Below, piece by piece: positions 1 through 10,630 of a stretch of DNA of 64,000 nt. A model generated the notes under the pieces. It was not told where the DNA came from, did not search any database, and worked only from the letters and a program-made list of their open reading frames with translations. The translations under genes and the position numbers were made by a program. How positions within the stretch are numbered: position 1 is the first letter of the stretch; each line of letters starts with the position of its first letter. The DNA is from an uncultured delta proteobacterium (GTDB taxonomy: Bacteria > Desulfobacterota > Desulfobacteria > Desulfobacterales > JAFDCJ01). The DNA lies in the NCBI GenBank assembly GCA_963769935.1, contig CAVYNY010000010.1, forward strand, positions 416,001 to 480,000, written 5' to 3'.

Positions 1-62
1 GAAATCCGGACCTGGCTGGCAGAAATTAAGTTGATTTGTTAATTGGTTGATTCGTTGGATCT

Positions 63-88
63 GCTATTTTTCAGGGCGGATTAATTAT
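63..88 (+). repeat. Direct repeat copy 1 (GCTATTTTTCAGGGCG-N4-AATTAT) upstream of HNH gene
   Basis: 16-bp exact match to 499..514, plus AATTAT at the same offset in both copies. Confidence 0.8.
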
Positions 89-407
89 GAAACACCAGAA
101 GACCATAAACCCCTTTGCCTATGATCTGGGCCAGGAAGACCTCAAACGGGAGCGCAGCAAAGCCAGAATACTGCGCGATTCTCAGTGGTGGAAACGGCGC
201 CTGGCGAAAGGTATCTGCCATTACTGCGGCCGACCGGCCTTGCCAAAAGAATTGACCATGGATCACATTGTGCCCATATCGCGCGGCGGCAAAAGCACCA
301 AAAGCAACGTAGTGCCCTGCTGCAAAGAATGCAACAACGCCAAAAAACAACTGCTCCCCATGGAGTGGGAACAATACCTGCAGCAGTTTGACCATACCTA
401 CTCGTAA
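87..407 (+). CDS. Small HNH endonuclease family protein
   Basis: CHYC...MDHIVPISRGGKSTKSNVVPCCKECNNAK: zinc-knuckle HNH motif. Confidence 0.9.
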   Translation: MKHQKTINPFAYDLGQEDLKRERSKARILRDSQWWKRRLAKGICHYCGRPALPKELTMDHIVPISRGGKSTKSNVVPCCKECNNAKKQLLPMEWEQYLQQFDHTYS

Positions 408-498
408 ATCCGTCGATCAAACTTTGTCCACCCGGATAACATTGAACATTCTCATCAGTTTCAAATTGGAAGGCTAAGTTTTATCCGTACCTGATAAC

Positions 499-524
499 GC
501 TATTTTTCAGGGCGAAGCAATTAT
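499..524 (+). repeat. Direct repeat copy 2 downstream of HNH gene
   Basis: Matches 63..88. Confidence 0.8.
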
Positions 525-653
525 ACCTCAATAAACGGCTTAGAAAAATTTGAAACCCGTCAAGTTATATGCGATAATCCAAATGAAAAAAATTGTCCTG
601 GATTGCTGAACCCTGAACCATTGAACCCTGGACCCAGACAACCTTTTATCAGA

Positions 654-3600
654 ATGAAAATCACCTGTCCAAACTGCCAAAAAAAATACAGCCTCGATAA
701 AGCCAGGCTGCCGTCCGGTGTCAAAACCGCAAAATGCAAAGCTTGCGGTCAACTCATCCCCCTGGATCCATCTTCTCCGCAGCCGTCGGGCGGTCAACCC
801 GTCCTCTTCAGGATCACCTGCCGTTACTGCGGCCGGAACTATAGCCTGCGGCAAAACAAGGTTCCCGCCCATGCAATAAGCTTTAAATGTAAAGTCTGCG
901 GACACCCGGTGCCATTAAAGCAGAAGGCCGGCTTGGCATTGATTGACCCACTGAAAAAAGAAACATCAGCCCACCACCCTGATACGTCGGCAAGTGAACC
1001 GCGCCGGCCGGATTCCGGGCGGCAGGATATTCTGGATCTTTTATGTGCCGGTTGCGGCAAAAAATTTAAAATCCCTCGTGACAAGATTTCACCGCAATCC
1101 ACAGCGGTCAAATGCGGGACCTGCGGGCACAAAATTTCATTGCCGCCGGCCGAGGCCGAGCCGGCAACCGGTGACCACCCCCAGTCCGAAGCGCAGCTGG
1201 TTGCAGCATCTGCCGTCAAATCGGATCTGATGCCGGCGGAAGAGCCGCCGGTCATTCAGCGCTCCGGTAAAAAAAAGTGGTTGCTGGCGCTGGCGGCCGG
1301 CGTTGCGGTGGTGGTGATTTTGGGAGCATTGGCGAGTCGTCAAATTGTCAATTCGGACTGGCTGTATCACTTGCTCCCCGGCAAATCCGAGCAAACAACC
1401 GAACCCACCGAAGCGGCTCAACTATTGGCAAAAGAACCGTTTCTGGCTTTAAACCTGAACGTTCCCTTGATCCTCGATGCACTGGAAAACCGCCTGCAGC
1501 CTGATAAAAAAACACCCCGTTTGCAGATGATCATGACGATGCTGGCGTCCATGGATCTAAAACAGGTTGAGCTCTACCTGTACTCCGCCGCCCAAAACCG
1601 GGTAATGCCTGTAATTCTGGCACATGGCAGCAACCGGCGCCAGCTTGAAAATATCATTGACAGTCAGGAGCCGTTTAATAAATATCTCAGGCGCCGGTCG
1701 GGCGGCAGTTATCGCCTGAATACAGAAGCTTTGGGCGATGCGCAAAAATACAGTCTGTCGCTCCAACCCTATGAAGTAACATTAATCGACGGAGGTGTTG
1801 CACTGGCACCGGTGTCATTTTCCGGTACAATCAGAAAAGATCCGCAGCTTTTAACCAATTCACGGGTCGCCGGGTTCGCCCAATCCATCGCGACGCCCGA
1901 CGATCTGGCCGCAATCGCCATCCGGATACCCGCCGAGATTAACCCGGGATGGGAAAAGGAAATTCAAAATCATCCCGCCGTGCAGTCAATGCCTCAGGCT
2001 GCCATGATAGCCGGCATGGGCGCCGCAATGTTGTCCCGGCTCACCGGATCCTTGAAATCCTTAGAACTCCTGGCCCTGGGATTCCGTTTCAGCGGACAAA
2101 ATGAGCGGGTGCTGACCTACGCCCAGCAATTTAGACCGGGCATAGACGGCGAAAAAATATACCGCCGGCTTGCGGCCGAAAATTCGACAGAGCCGGAAAT
2201 CGATGTCATTATCGCAAATCTCATCGCCTTATTTCAGGATCACCGCTACCGCCACACGCTCAATTTCCATGGAAACCGCCTGGACATAGGATTTAGCTGG
2301 TCCAACCAGGATGATAAAGCCTTTTTGACAGCGCTGACGACCGCCACCGTCAGCCAGCTTTTTGCAGGGAGCATGGAGTTGACCCCTAGTCCGGAAACCG
2401 TTGAAACTCAATACATACCGGAACCTGATTTAGTGGCGGCCGTTGACGTCGACCGACTCAAAGCCGGAATCGCTCACATGATCGGCGACAGCCTGTTCCC
2501 TGGTAATTTTTGGAGTTCGGGCGACAATCCGGTGATGACGCTGGAGCTGGATACGGTCGATATGCCCAATGCTGCTCTGGCGGAATTGACCTATGCCGTG
2601 AAAACCATTCGAACAGTCGACGGCAAAGATGTCTTGCGGGATGAAGCAAGCAAATTTAAGCCCTCGCTTCAGCCCGGCAGTCTTTTCCCCGGCAACATTT
2701 CACTGAATATAAGGAAAGACACGTCACCGGACACCCTGGCAACGGCGACTATCGATTTCGATCTGTCCGTACCGGCCGCCCTTGAGACTTTTGAATTTAG
2801 AATGGGGGATAAAGCGGGCAGCGCAAAAGAAGTCGACGGCATTCGGGTCACCTTGGGCCGGCTTGAAAAAGACGTCGCCTATGTCAGCAGCAGCAGCGGA
2901 AAATCCATCCGGCTGATAGCCTACGATCAAAGTGGCAATGCCCTGGCCTCAAAAGAATCCTTGAGTTCTTCAACTTCGGCTTCGGCGCGCTTTCAGGGCA
3001 TTATCGACACCCTCAAGGTCGTGGTCATTCGTGATATGCTGGCGTACCCTTTTGAAGTTGAGGTTGATTTAAATGGGGGAAAAGCGTTGGCCCTGGCGCG
3101 GCAAGCTGAAATTCCGGCCCGGATCCGATACAACCATCATCCGGTTCCGGCCTATGTTGATTTTACGTCCGAAGATACGGAAAAACTCAGCGTAAAATGG
3201 ACTGAAGGACAGCCGGACGCTTGGAACGACCGTCTCTCCATTAAGCTTCCCCGGGGACCTTTCAGTGGTAATGCCATCTGGGAAGTTCATTTTTTCGGCC
3301 ATGCGAAACCGCAGTTTTTGGCCGGCAGTTCAGTGCAGAGTGATAGGGAAGTCAGCTACACCCTTGACAAGGGCTTACTTGAAAAAGCCAGCGCCGCCTT
3401 TGGCAAAGTTCAACTCAATCTTCATTCAAATATCAAAAGATTAACTTTTCTCAAGAAGGAGCGTATCCAAACGGCCGTCCAGGAGCTTCCTTCCGGTGAT
3501 GAGGTTTCAGTTGCCTTCGACCAAAACGAAATCACATACAGCACCGGCAAGGCCGAGGTCATCCAGACCGCAGCCTACGATGCCCGGGGCAAACGTTTAA

Positions 3601-4268
3601 AGGCGGACCCCTATACCCGCAACAAAGCGGACAAGCGAATTATTTATTTCTGGGGAGTTCCGGCTAAATTTGAAATTGATGTTTCCACGACGACGATAAA
3701 AAAATTGATACCATTTGAAATCAAGCAGCGTCCGGTGGATGAAAAATCCTACCTGGCATACCGGCAGCTCATCGAAAATCAACATGAAGTCGTTAAAACC
3801 ATCAAAGCCATCGATCGGGCCAGACGCGGTGACCGCTCCTATTACGGTGATGATCTGGCGGGGCTCTATTACCTGTATGACCAGAAAAATAATTCACCGA
3901 TGAGGCTGATCAGTCAAGATGTGGCCCATTCGGATCCCGCCGGGCAAAAGCGATTCGGCTACCAAGTCAAAGCCTATAAAGGATACTTTTTCACAGTGCT
4001 GTCCGGCATTGAGACCAACGGCGCCGATAAGCCCTATAATCACCGTTTAAAAAAATCCAGCTTCACCTGGCAAAATGGAACCATCACCACAACAGCCCTT
4101 ACCCGCCATCCGGACCTGGCGGCCATTCCCGAAGACGATACCCAACCCACCTTCTTTTTACAGTGGGGGCAGGTTTTCATGAAGCCCTTAAATGGAGAAA
4201 AACTCGAGTATCTGCCCGATGGGTATTACAACAAAGGCTGGGTAGAGGCAAAATTCATTGAGAATTGA
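654..4268 (+). CDS. Large membrane-anchored protein with three N-terminal MJ0042-type zinc ribbons and a large extracytoplasmic region
   Basis: ATG 654 (MKITCPNC...CKAC; CRYC...CKVC; CAGC...CGTC), one TM helix (WLLALAAGVAVVVILGAL), long open frame. Confidence 0.8.
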   Translation: MKITCPNCQKKYSLDKARLPSGVKTAKCKACGQLIPLDPSSPQPSGGQPVLFRITCRYCGRNYSLRQNKVPAHAISFKCKVCGHPVPLKQKAGLALIDPLKKETSAHHPDTSASEPRRPDSGRQDILDLLCAGCGKKFKIPRDKISPQSTAVKCGTCGHKISLPPAEAEPATGDHPQSEAQLVAASAVKSDLMPAEEPPVIQRSGKKKWLLALAAGVAVVVILGALASRQIVNSDWLYHLLPGKSEQTTEPTEAAQLLAKEPFLALNLNVPLILDALENRLQPDKKTPRLQMIMTMLASMDLKQVELYLYSAAQNRVMPVILAHGSNRRQLENIIDSQEPFNKYLRRRSGGSYRLNTEALGDAQKYSLSLQPYEVTLIDGGVALAPVSFSGTIRKDPQLLTNSRVAGFAQSIATPDDLAAIAIRIPAEINPGWEKEIQNHPAVQSMPQAAMIAGMGAAMLSRLTGSLKSLELLALGFRFSGQNERVLTYAQQFRPGIDGEKIYRRLAAENSTEPEIDVIIANLIALFQDHRYRHTLNFHGNRLDIGFSWSNQDDKAFLTALTTATVSQLFAGSMELTPSPETVETQYIPEPDLVAAVDVDRLKAGIAHMIGDSLFPGNFWSSGDNPVMTLELDTVDMPNAALAELTYAVKTIRTVDGKDVLRDEASKFKPSLQPGSLFPGNISLNIRKDTSPDTLATATIDFDLSVPAALETFEFRMGDKAGSAKEVDGIRVTLGRLEKDVAYVSSSSGKSIRLIAYDQSGNALASKESLSSSTSASARFQGIIDTLKVVVIRDMLAYPFEVEVDLNGGKALALARQAEIPARIRYNHHPVPAYVDFTSEDTEKLSVKWTEGQPDAWNDRLSIKLPRGPFSGNAIWEVHFFGHAKPQFLAGSSVQSDREVSYTLDKGLLEKASAAFGKVQLNLHSNIKRLTFLKKERIQTAVQELPSGDEVSVAFDQNEITYSTGKAEVIQTAAYDARGKRLKADPYTRNKADKRIIYFWGVPAKFEIDVSTTTIKKLIPFEIKQRPVDEKSYLAYRQLIENQHEVVKTIKAIDRARRGDRSYYGDDLAGLYYLYDQKNNSPMRLISQDVAHSDPAGQKRFGYQVKAYKGYFFTVLSGIETNGADKPYNHRLKKSSFTWQNGTITTTALTRHPDLAAIPEDDTQPTFFLQWGQVFMKPLNGEKLEYLPDGYYNKGWVEAKFIEN

Positions 4269-4299
4269 AGAACGCGGCCGATGTTCTTCTGAAGTTGCT

Positions 4300-4593
4300 T
4301 CATCCAGCCGGGTCCTCGAATTTTTCATCGGGCTCATCCAATTGCAGAATTTTTTTTGCGCGCTGCTTTCTTATGATAATGAAGCAGATGGTGAGCGTCA
4401 GCAGAATCACCATCGGAAGAAACAGCTCTGCCATCAACAGATGGCCTTCCGCAGACGACACCTCTGCGGCGGCGATCCGCTCTATTCTTTCATTTTTACT
4501 GATTCGCGTATGAATGGTTACGGCCGCGGCTCCAAGGTAAACTACAACAAACAGCAGCGCGATGATACACAGTCGTTTTTCAAATCTGGTCAT
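4300..4593 (-). CDS. Small hypothetical membrane protein (2 TM)
   Basis: MTRFEKRLCIIALLFVVVYLG... has two hydrophobic segments; GAGGA upstream; fills the gap between flanking genes. Confidence 0.55.
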   Translation of the reverse strand: MTRFEKRLCIIALLFVVVYLGAAAVTIHTRISKNERIERIAAAEVSSAEGHLLMAELFLPMVILLTLTICFIIIRKQRAKKILQLDEPDEKFEDPAG

Positions 4594-4713
4594 GCCCAAT
4601 AAATCCTCATCATCAAGAATCGGCTCTGCCTTCAAATATTCGATATTTTTCTTTATTATACTGCAATTTTTTTTTATTGAATACAATTGAATATACCGCA
4701 AAAGGAGGATGAA

Positions 4714-5964
4714 ATGAAGGCTCAAAAGATTCACTATGGTTGGATCGTGATTTTTGCAGGACTTCTGACAACGATCGCCGCCCATGGTTTCGGTCGCATG
4801 TCCTATACCATCATACTGCCGGCCATGAAAGACGGACTTAAATTTAATTACACCCAGCTGGGGCTTTTGGGCACCGGAAACTTCATTGGTTATTTGACGA
4901 TGGCAATTGTCGGAGGATTCCTGGCGGCCCGGTTTGGAACGCGCATTGTTATTACCTTGGCCCTGATTCTGATGGGAATAACTATGATTTTGACCGGCCT
5001 GGCCCAATCTTTTGGATTTGCATTTGCCATGCGACTATTGACCGGCCTGGGCAACGGCGCTTCATATGTGCCGGCCATGGCACTGGGCTCGGCCTGGTTT
5101 GCTATGAAAAAGCGCGGGTTCGCCACCGGAATTGTTTCCGCCGGAATCGGAGCCGGCACGTTGATTTCAGGATTGCTGGTACCGTCTATTTTAGCTGCTT
5201 TCGGACCCAACGGCTGGCGATTTTCCTGGTACATATTAGGAGGGGCTGTTTTGGTGATTTCCGGAGTTGTATTTTTATTTGTCCGCAGCCGTCCGGAAGA
5301 AAAAGGGCTGCAGCTGGTGGGTGCCGAGGAAACCGAAGCGATCCACGCAGCTTCCCCGGAAGCAAAAAAAGCGTCTTCTTTTCAATGGACCGGCATCATT
5401 AAAACGGGGGCCGTCTGGTATCTGGGTCTGGTGTATTTTTTCTACGGTCTTTCATACATCATTTACATGGTTTTTTTTGCCGCATATCTGGTCAAAGAAA
5501 TGGGATTCAGCCAGGAAGCCGCCGGCGGCTTGTGGGCGCTGGTAGGGGGATTGAGCATTTTTTGCGGGGTGATCTGGGGCAGCATATCCGACCGCCTGGG
5601 GCGAAGCAAAGGTGCGGCCTTGGCCTACCTGGTGCTGGGACTTTCCTACATCATCTACGCCTTAGTCAAGGTAAAATTTGGTTTTTACCTTTCAGGCGTG
5701 TTATTCGGCCTGACCGCCTGGAGCATTCCAACGATTATGGCTGCTGCTGCCGGAGATTTAGTGGGACCGCGTCTGGCACCGGCCGGACTGGGTTTTATTA
5801 CTTTGTTTTTCGGCATCGGCCAGGCTATAGGACCTGCTCTGGGAGGATACCTGGCCGATGCCACGCAGTCGTTTACGCTGCCGTTCTTAATGGCCGGCGG
5901 AATTTCATTTATCGGCATGGTGTTGTCTTTTTATCTAAAAAAGGCGAATTTTGCGCCGGTATAA
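4714..5964 (+). CDS. MFS transporter (YbfB/YjiJ-like)
   Basis: About 12 TM; GSISDRLGRS MFS loop motif; AAGGAGG RBS before ATG 4714. Confidence 0.9.
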   Translation: MKAQKIHYGWIVIFAGLLTTIAAHGFGRMSYTIILPAMKDGLKFNYTQLGLLGTGNFIGYLTMAIVGGFLAARFGTRIVITLALILMGITMILTGLAQSFGFAFAMRLLTGLGNGASYVPAMALGSAWFAMKKRGFATGIVSAGIGAGTLISGLLVPSILAAFGPNGWRFSWYILGGAVLVISGVVFLFVRSRPEEKGLQLVGAEETEAIHAASPEAKKASSFQWTGIIKTGAVWYLGLVYFFYGLSYIIYMVFFAAYLVKEMGFSQEAAGGLWALVGGLSIFCGVIWGSISDRLGRSKGAALAYLVLGLSYIIYALVKVKFGFYLSGVLFGLTAWSIPTIMAAAAGDLVGPRLAPAGLGFITLFFGIGQAIGPALGGYLADATQSFTLPFLMAGGISFIGMVLSFYLKKANFAPV

Positions 5965-6055
5965 AACAAGCCGAATCCTTCCGACAACAAAGCCGAATTA
6001 TCCGAACTTAAATGTCCTATTTCCAAAAACAGCTAAATATCTTAAGGGAGGCGCC

Positions 6056-7327
6056 ATGTTTTACGAGCCATTAATGACCGAAGAGGAAAAGGCTATTCAG
6101 CAGGAAGTCCGAAAATTCGTGCGCGATGAAGTTTCCCACGATTTTATCCGCGCCCTTGATCGGGACGAAATCAAATACCCCCGGGAATATGTCGAGAATC
6201 TGGCGGCGCACAACCTGCTGGGCCTGCGGTTTGATCCCCAATGGGGGGGACGGGGCCTGCCGTGGACCTCTGAAGTCATCGCCGAAGAGGAAATCGGTGT
6301 ACTTGGAAACACACTGGGCTGCGCCTTTGTGATGCCGTCCATCGTCGGTGAAGCGCTGCATGTGTTCGGCACCGAAGATCAGAAAACGCGGTTTTTAAAG
6401 CCTATCTTAGCGGCCCGGATGATCTGTGCCGAAGCGCTTACCGAACCTCGCGGGGGATCGGATTTTTTCGGTGCCACGACGCGTGCGGAGGACAAAGGGG
6501 ACCATTTTTTGCTGAACGGGCAGAAACGCTTTGTGGTGGGCGCCACCGAAGCGGATGTTTTTTTGGTGTATTGCCGCACGAACTTTGATGAAAAGGCGCA
6601 TAAATATCAGCGCATCAGCGCCATCATGGTTGAACGTGGACCGGGCGTGGAAACGGAATACCAATACGGACTGCTGGGCACCAGGGGCGGCGGCACAGGC
6701 CGCTTGGTATTCAGAAACGTAAAGGTTCCCAAGGAAAACCTGATCGGAGAACTGCACAGCGGGGCGCTGATATTTAACCGGATGATGATCCCGGAACGCC
6801 TGACATCGGCCGCCGCAAGTCTGGGCGTGCGCGCGGCCCTCGAAGTCGCGGTTAAATACAGTGAAAAGCGCTTTGCCTTCGGAAGGGCCATTCGGCGGTT
6901 TCAAGCGGTACAGTTTATGGTCGCCGACGCCATCACCCGGTTGGATGCTGCAAGATCCTTGGTATATATGGCCGCCCGGGCGGCGGATGCCGGTGCAAAA
7001 AATGTCCGCCGCATCGTCAGCGAGGCCAAACGTTTTGCGACGGACGCCGGCTGGGAGATTGCCAACCAAGCCATGCAGATCATGGGCGGTATCGGCTACA
7101 CGGATGTCTATCCCATTGAAAAAATGGTCAGAGACATTCGGCTGAGCCAGATTTGGACCGGCACCAACGAGATAATGAATCTGTTGATTCAGCACGAATA
7201 CTACCAGGAAGTTTTACAAGGTGCGGAGGAAGTGCGCAATGTGGAGCTGGATGCCACCAACTATATGGATGAGGCCGAGAAATGCTTCACCGACGAGGAT
7301 ATGTGGAATGTGCACGAAAGCCGTTGA
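6056..7327 (+). CDS. Acyl-CoA dehydrogenase family protein
   Basis: ALTEPRGGSD, LNGQKRFV, R.AFGRAI..FQ, QIMGGIGY, IWTGTNEI motifs; GGGAGG RBS. Confidence 0.93.
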   Translation: MFYEPLMTEEEKAIQQEVRKFVRDEVSHDFIRALDRDEIKYPREYVENLAAHNLLGLRFDPQWGGRGLPWTSEVIAEEEIGVLGNTLGCAFVMPSIVGEALHVFGTEDQKTRFLKPILAARMICAEALTEPRGGSDFFGATTRAEDKGDHFLLNGQKRFVVGATEADVFLVYCRTNFDEKAHKYQRISAIMVERGPGVETEYQYGLLGTRGGGTGRLVFRNVKVPKENLIGELHSGALIFNRMMIPERLTSAAASLGVRAALEVAVKYSEKRFAFGRAIRRFQAVQFMVADAITRLDAARSLVYMAARAADAGAKNVRRIVSEAKRFATDAGWEIANQAMQIMGGIGYTDVYPIEKMVRDIRLSQIWTGTNEIMNLLIQHEYYQEVLQGAEEVRNVELDATNYMDEAEKCFTDEDMWNVHESR

Positions 7328-7476
7328 TAATCATATCCTTTAAAATAGAAGCAGATTCAATTTAACTTGACCCGTGACAAGGGATGTTGCATGTAGTGGA
7401 TGGAAATTTTTTAATTCAATGTTGAAATTGAAAGAATGGTTGTTAATGATAATCATTGTAAAATTGGGGTTGCATC

Positions 7477-8445
7477 ATGACAGAGCTGTCACGTCCATTA
7501 TCCTCAGCCATTGAAGCGATCGGCAATACGCCCCTCGTTGAGCTGTCCCGGCTCACCCGCGGGATAGATGGTCGCATTCTAGCCAAATTGGAATACCTCA
7601 ATCCCGGCTACTCAAAGAAAGATCGCATTGCACGCCAGATGATTGAAGATGCGGAAACCTCCGGCGCGCTGAAGCCCGGCCAGACCGTGGTGGAGTTGAC
7701 CAGCGGCAATACGGGCACCGGCCTGGCCATCGTCTGCGGGATTAAAGGATATCCCTTTGTGGCCGTGATGTCCAAAGGCAATTCTATCGAAAGAGCCCGG
7801 ATGATGTCCGCCCTGGGCGCCGAAGTAATCCTGGTCGACCAACTGCCGGACTCGGTATCCGGCCAGGTCTCCGGTGCCGACCTCGAGCTGGTGGAACAGG
7901 AGACCGTTAAAATCGTCCGGCAACGCCAGGCATTTCGTGCCGATCAATTTCGCCTGCAAAGTAATTTCCGGGCCCACTACCTTAACACCGGGCCGGAAAT
8001 TATTCGCCAGGCCGGCGGTAAGATCGATGTATTCTGCGATTTCGCCGGCACCGGCGGAACGTTTGCCGGATGTGCCGCGGCTTTAAAGGAACACAATCCG
8101 CAGACCAAATGTTTTATCGTGGAACCGGAGGGCGCTGCCATCCTGGCTGGTGAAGCCGTGACCTTTCCCAACCATCGCATCCAAGGCGGCGGTTACGCCA
8201 TGGCTCATTTACCCCTGCTGATCCGGGAACACATAGACGGATACCGGCAGGTTTCCGATGAGCAGGCCATCGAAACTGCGCGCCGACTGGCCGCAGAAGA
8301 GGGAATCTTTGCCGGCTTTTCATCGGGGGCCAATGTCGCCGCAGCCATGGATTTACTGCAGACTTCTTTTAAGAATAAAACCGCCGTTGTTTTAATGTGT
8401 GATTCCGGCCTGAAGTATCTGAGTACGGACCTCTGGCAGCCGTAA
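7477..8445 (+). CDS. PLP-dependent cysteine synthase family protein
   Basis: IGNTPLV, KLEYLNPGYSKKDR, TSGNTG, GTGGT, AGFSSGAN, CDSGLKYLST. Confidence 0.92.
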   Translation: MTELSRPLSSAIEAIGNTPLVELSRLTRGIDGRILAKLEYLNPGYSKKDRIARQMIEDAETSGALKPGQTVVELTSGNTGTGLAIVCGIKGYPFVAVMSKGNSIERARMMSALGAEVILVDQLPDSVSGQVSGADLELVEQETVKIVRQRQAFRADQFRLQSNFRAHYLNTGPEIIRQAGGKIDVFCDFAGTGGTFAGCAAALKEHNPQTKCFIVEPEGAAILAGEAVTFPNHRIQGGGYAMAHLPLLIREHIDGYRQVSDEQAIETARRLAAEEGIFAGFSSGANVAAAMDLLQTSFKNKTAVVLMCDSGLKYLSTDLWQP

Positions 8446-8562
8446 AAAATTTCTTAATAATTACAGATAGATAGATTGCATTAATTTGAGGATGTTAATT
8501 TTTTTATACGTCTGGAAAGGATTCCTCAAATATTCGATATTCAATCGAAAATATTCAATCCT

Positions 8563-9543
8563 TTAGTCCGGTTGGTAGGGCTTGCCCAGCGAAGAGGGCG
8601 CCAGGCCCGAAAAGAAATCTAGCAGTTTTTTAATGCGAGCTTTGTTTTCGGCCCAGCGCAAAATGAAATCTTTCTGGGCGAGCGACATGATCAAAAGGGT
8701 GAATATCATCAGCGGGAAGGGGGCCACTTGAAAAACTTGTGAAGGAACCGACGGCAGCCACTCCTGAAAATAGATCCCCAGCACCTGTAAAAATGCAAAT
8801 AAATAGGCACCGGCCGCAGCCTTAACCGGATGCCAGCCACCAAAAATGACCAGAGCCAGGGCAATCCAACCGGTTCCCTCGGCTCCTTGGGGCCGTCCCC
8901 AGCCGGTTTTGGTGGCAAGCGAAAAGGTCGCACCCGCCAGCCCCACCAGCAGGCCGCCGCCAATCGCATAAAACAGCTGCAGCTTTTGAGGGTTTATCCC
9001 CCTGGCATAGGAGGCCCGGGGGTGCTCGCCCACCGATCTTAAATTTAAGCCCCAGGGTGTATAGTAGATATACCACCATGCCAGTCCGATGATGATCAAA
9101 CTGAAATAGACCGGCAAATTGTGGTTGAAAAACACTTCGCCCAAAAACGGGATGTTGTGCAGCAAGGGAATCGGCTGGGGTCCAACCTGTGGTCCCGGTA
9201 ATCGCGAATAGGGATTGCCGATAAAATATGCCAAATCCCGGGTCATCAGGGTTAAGACGAACCCCACGGCCACCTGATTCTGGTGCAGATAAATGCTGAA
9301 GACCGCTACGGTCGCCGCCACCAAAGCCCCTACCGCCGCACCGCATAAAAACCCCAACATCAGGCTGTGGGTTTCAAAAGCGATCGCAAAGGCTGCCATG
9401 GCGCTTAGCAATATCGAGCCGTCCAACGATAGATTGATGAGACCGGCCTTTTCGGTAATGGTCTCTCCAACCGCCGCCAGCACGATCGGTGCGGCGGCGG
9501 CAACCACACTTGCCAGTAATATGGTTAAATCAAATCCAATCAT
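8563..9543 (-). CDS. ABC transporter permease (nucleoside/BMP-type)
   Basis: GETITEKAGLINLSLDG, GWIALALVIFGGW; ATG at 9543. Confidence 0.9.
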   Translation of the reverse strand: MIGFDLTILLASVVAAAAPIVLAAVGETITEKAGLINLSLDGSILLSAMAAFAIAFETHSLMLGFLCGAAVGALVAATVAVFSIYLHQNQVAVGFVLTLMTRDLAYFIGNPYSRLPGPQVGPQPIPLLHNIPFLGEVFFNHNLPVYFSLIIIGLAWWYIYYTPWGLNLRSVGEHPRASYARGINPQKLQLFYAIGGGLLVGLAGATFSLATKTGWGRPQGAEGTGWIALALVIFGGWHPVKAAAGAYLFAFLQVLGIYFQEWLPSVPSQVFQVAPFPLMIFTLLIMSLAQKDFILRWAENKARIKKLLDFFSGLAPSSLGKPYQPD

Positions 9544-9554
9544 CGTAGAGTTAC

Positions 9555-10625
9555 CTAATCCCTGATCCCCTTGAGGCCTAAATTTTTTTCTCTTTCGCCG
9601 ATTTCCGCCCATCGTTTGCGCCAGGCGTGAACGCCGAGGGTGGTCAGCACCAGGGCCCCCTGGATCACCCCGCTCAGCGAAGAGTCCAGCTGCAACACCA
9701 TCGGCAGCTGAATGCTGCCGACGTTTAAACAGGCAAAGAAAAACGCCACCGGCGGTACCAGCCAGATGTTATAGTTGGACAGCATGACCACCAGCAGGGC
9801 AAGATACCCATAGTTGCTGGATATGGCCGGTATCAGCCTGTGATAGACGCCGGTCACCTGCAGGCTGCCGGCCAGACCGGCAAATCCTCCGGCAAAAATC
9901 ATGGCCAGCAGCATAAACCTGCCCGGCTTGAGCCCGAATAAATAAGCAGCATTGGGATTGCCGCCGATGGCTTTTAAATTCAATCCGACCCGGGTATAGC
10001 GCAGCAACAGTCCGGTAAGTACAAGGGCCGCCGTGACCGTGAGCAGTGCCACGGGTGAAAGCCGCAGGGATTCCAGCATCGGCAGCCACAGTTTCACCGG
10101 AAACGTTTCGGTGCCGCTCATGGAGGCGACGCCCGGCCGCCGCCAAGGTCCAAATATCAACCACAGGATAATCCCCTGGGCAACGAAATTCAGACCTAGA
10201 CCGGCAAAAATTTCATTGACGCCGCCGCGGGTCTTTAAAAACCCGGCCAGCAGCGCCCAGACGGCCCCGCCCGCCAATCCGGCCAGCAGCGACATTCCAA
10301 TAAAAGCAACCGATGCCGAACTTTCAACGCCGGACCGAAGCAGCGCGGTTGTAAAAACGGCTCCCATCATGACCTGGCCTTCAACGCCAATGTTCCAAAG
10401 TCCGATTCTAAAGGTAAACAACAGACCGCAGCCGCACAGGGTCAGCGGTATCCAAGCTATTATCACGTGGGAGAATTTGTTCCAGGAACCCAGCGCTCCT
10501 TTAAGGATGTAATAATAAGCCACAAACGGCGGAGCGCCCGCAATCAGCAGCACCAGCGAGGTGAAAAAAAACACCGCCGCCAGGGTCAACAGGAGCTGGC
10601 GGAATTCTATGGCAAATGATTTCAC
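9555..10625 (-). CDS. ABC transporter permease (nucleoside/BMP-type)
   Basis: GLWNIGVEGQ, GVNEI, multi-TM. Confidence 0.9.
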   Translation of the reverse strand: MKSFAIEFRQLLLTLAAVFFFTSLVLLIAGAPPFVAYYYILKGALGSWNKFSHVIIAWIPLTLCGCGLLFTFRIGLWNIGVEGQVMMGAVFTTALLRSGVESSASVAFIGMSLLAGLAGGAVWALLAGFLKTRGGVNEIFAGLGLNFVAQGIILWLIFGPWRRPGVASMSGTETFPVKLWLPMLESLRLSPVALLTVTAALVLTGLLLRYTRVGLNLKAIGGNPNAAYLFGLKPGRFMLLAMIFAGGFAGLAGSLQVTGVYHRLIPAISSNYGYLALLVVMLSNYNIWLVPPVAFFFACLNVGSIQLPMVLQLDSSLSGVIQGALVLTTLGVHAWRKRWAEIGEREKNLGLKGIRD

Positions 10626-10630
10626 AGTTT

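Noticed and set aside
4594..5007. Long 235-aa minus-strand ORF
   Set aside because: Its upstream part is antisense to the MFS gene; only 4300..4593 looks coding
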